A DNA stretch of 64,000 nucleotides from Eledone cirrhosa (taxonomy: Eukaryota): NCBI GenBank assembly GCA_964016885.1, contig OZ024741.1, forward strand, positions 8,804,001 through 8,868,000. Reading direction: 5' to 3'. Of this stretch, positions 62,101-64,000 are shown piece by piece. Position 1 is the first letter of the stretch. Every line of letters starts with the position of its first letter. The notes below the pieces were generated by a model. That model saw only the letters and a list, made by a program, of their open reading frames with translations, did no database searches and had not been told where the DNA came from. Made by a program: the position numbers and the translations under genes.

Positions 62101-64000
62101 CTGTCTTCCTGTCTCTCTGTCTCTATATCAGTCTGTCTTCCAGCCACTCTGTCTGTATATCAGTCTGTCTTCCAGCCACTCTGTCTGTATATCAGTCTGT
62201 CTTCTAGCCACACTGTCTTCCAGCCACTCTGTCTTCCAGCCTCTCTCTCTTCCAGCCTCTCTGTCTTCCAGCCACTCTCTCTTCCATCCTCTCTGTCTTC
62301 CAGCCACTCTGTCTTCCAGCCACTCTGTCTTCCAGCTACTCTGTCTGTATATCAGTCTGTCTTCCAGCCTCTCTTCCTTCCAGCCTCTCTGTCTGTATAT
62401 CAGTCTGTCTTCCTGCCTCACTGCCATCCAAACGTTCTGTCTTCCAGACTCTCTGTCTTCTAGCCTCCCTGTCTTCCAGCCACTCTGTCTGTATATCAGA
62501 ATGTCTTCCAGCCTCTCTGTCTTCCAGCCACTCGGTCTTCCAGCCCCTATGTCTGTATATCAGTCTCTCTTCCAACCTCTTTGTCTTCCAGCCACTCTCT
62601 CCTCCAGCCTCTCTGTCTTCCAACCACTCTGTCTGTATATCAGTCTGTCTTCCAGCCTCTCTGTCTGTATATCAGTCTGTCTTCTAGCTTTTCTGTCTTC
62701 CAGCCACTCTGTGTTCCAGCCACTCTGTCTGTATATCAGTCTGTCTTCCAGCCTCTCTGTCTTCCAGCCTCTCTGTCTGTATATCAGTCTATCTTCCTGC
62801 CTCACTGTCTTCCAAACATTCTGTCTTCCAGGCTCTCTGTCTTCTAGCCTCCCTATCTTCCAGCCACTCTGTCTGTATATCAGAATGTCTTCCAGCCTCT
62901 CTGTCTTCCAGCCACTCGGTCTTCCAGCCCCTCTGTCTGTATATCAGTCTCTCTTTCAGCCACACTGTCTTCCAGCCACTCTGTCTTCCAGCCATTCTCT
63001 CTTCCAACCTCTTTGTCTTCCAGCCACTCTCTCCTCCAGCCTCTCTGTCTTCCAGCCACTCTCTCTGTATATCAGTCTGTCTTCCAGCCTCTCTGTCTTC
63101 CAGACTCTCTGTCTGTATATCAGTCTGTCTTCCTGGCACTCTGTCTTCCAGCCACTCTCTCTGTATATCAGTCAGTCTTCCAGCCTCTCTGTCTTCCAGA
63201 CTCTCTGTCTGTATATCAGTCTGACTTCCAGCCTCTCTGTCTTCCAGCCACTCTGTCTTCCAGCCACCCTGTCTTCCAAGCAGTCTGTCTTCCAGTCACT
63301 CTGTCTTCCAGCCTCTCTGTCTTCCAGTCACTCTGTCTTCTAGCCTCTCTGTCTTCCAGCCTCTCTGTCTTCCAGCCACTCTGTCTTCCAGCCACTCTGT
63401 CTTCCAGCCACTCTGTCTGTATATCAGTCTGTCTTCCAACCTCTCTGTCTGTATATCAGTCTGTCTTGCAGCCTCTCTGTCTTCCAGCCATTCTGTCTTC
63501 CAACCACTCTGTCTTCCAGCCAGTCTGTCATCCAGCCACTCGGTCTTCCAGCCTCTCTGTCTTCCAGCCTCTCTGTCTACCCGCCTCTCTCTCTTTCAGC
63601 CACTCTGTCTTTATATTAGTCTGTCTTCGAGCCTCTCTGTCTTCCAGCCACTCTCTCTTCCAATCACTCTGTCTGTATATCAGACTGTCTTCCAGCCTCT
63701 CTGTCTTCCAGCCTCTCTGACTTCCAGCCTCTCTGTATTCCAGCCTCTCTGTCTTCCAGCCTCACTGTATTCCAGCCTCTCTGTCTTCCAGCCTCTCTGT
63801 CTGTATATCAGTCTCTCTTCCAGCCTCTCTGTCTTCCAGCCACTCTGTCTTCCAGCCACTCTGTCTGTATATCAGACTGTCTTCCAGCCTCTCTCTCTGT
63901 ATATCAGTCTGTCTTCCAGCCTCTCTGTCTTCCAGCCTCTCTGTCTTCCAGTCTCTCTGTCTTCTAGCCACTCTGTCTTCCAGCCTCTCTGTCTTCCAGT

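Larger units (their letters stand above)
1..64000. repeat. 16-bp-monomer satellite DNA array, consensus CTCTGTCTTCCAGCC(A/T) with interspersed CTCTGTCTGTATATCA monomers; about 4,000 monomers, open at both window ends
   Basis: Parses directly from base 1: ctctgtcctccagcct / ctctgtcttccaggca / ctctgtctgtatatca / gtctgtcttcagactt / ctctgtcttccagcca, and the same monomers continue to base 64000. No inversion or non-repeat insertion was seen. Confidence 0.99.
49160..64000. repeat. Right sub-array (variant family R) of the same 16-mer with a different set of diagnostic variants
   Basis: New recurring markers: TAGCCTCCCTG, GTTTATCCGTCTG (~49545, 52616, 54886, 57037, 61820), CCAAACATTCTG, CAGAATGTC, CCAAGCAGTC, CTCGGTC. 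The left markers GTCGTTCTA, CTGGGTG, GAGGGTTTT and CCGTATATCAATA were not seen here. Confidence 0.8.

Noticed and set aside
198-63971. - strand ORFs with GRQSGWKTEWLEDR repeats
   Set aside because: Same artefact. They are shorter only because the GTATATCA monomer supplies TGA on the - strand. Any database hits would most likely be gene predictions made on similar repeats.
1-64000. CRISPR-like array (recurring GTATATCAG module separated by variable-length segments)
   Set aside because: The intervening segments are copies of the same 16-mer rather than unique spacers, their lengths vary in steps of 16, and there is no leader or cas gene.
1-64000. Assignment to a taxon, or to centromere, telomere, sex chromosome or eliminated DNA
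   Set aside because: I recognised no diagnostic motif (no CENP-B box, no TTAGGG tract) and there is no flanking unique sequence, so any assignment would be a guess.
1-64000. G-quadruplex, hairpin or tRNA/ncRNA structure
   Set aside because: G-runs on the - strand are mostly GG with long spacing, the strong strand skew leaves little self-complementarity, and no RNA-gene motif was seen.

Overview
All 64 kb is one uninterrupted, single-orientation tandem satellite array of about 4,000 16-bp monomers. I found no gene, RNA gene, transposon, CRISPR array or unique sequence. The consensus monomer is CTCTGTCTTCCAGCCW (W = A or T). It is interspersed with a second monomer, CTCTGTCTGTATATCA, which is usually followed by a GTCTGTCT-starting monomer to give a 32-bp module. 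The + strand is about 70-75% pyrimidine and the consensus has no CpG. Every ORF in the track is explained by the stop-poor 16-mer and is rejected. The real information is in the higher-order structure: (i) a roughly 1-3 kb unit marked by an ordered series of diagnostic variant monomers, occurring as alternating subtypes; (ii) nested, in-register tandem duplications of 752, ~1888, 2270, 5196 and ~6111 bp, plus dispersed copies ~16.8 kb and ~7.5 kb apart; (iii) a switch of variant family near 49.2 kb, next to a unique 10-bp palindrome. The array looks like eukaryotic satellite DNA, but taxon, chromosomal position and function cannot be determined from this window. I cannot support a novel coding system here, and the functional ideas below are labelled as inference. 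Counts and boundaries were read by eye or from ORF-track offsets and are approximate.
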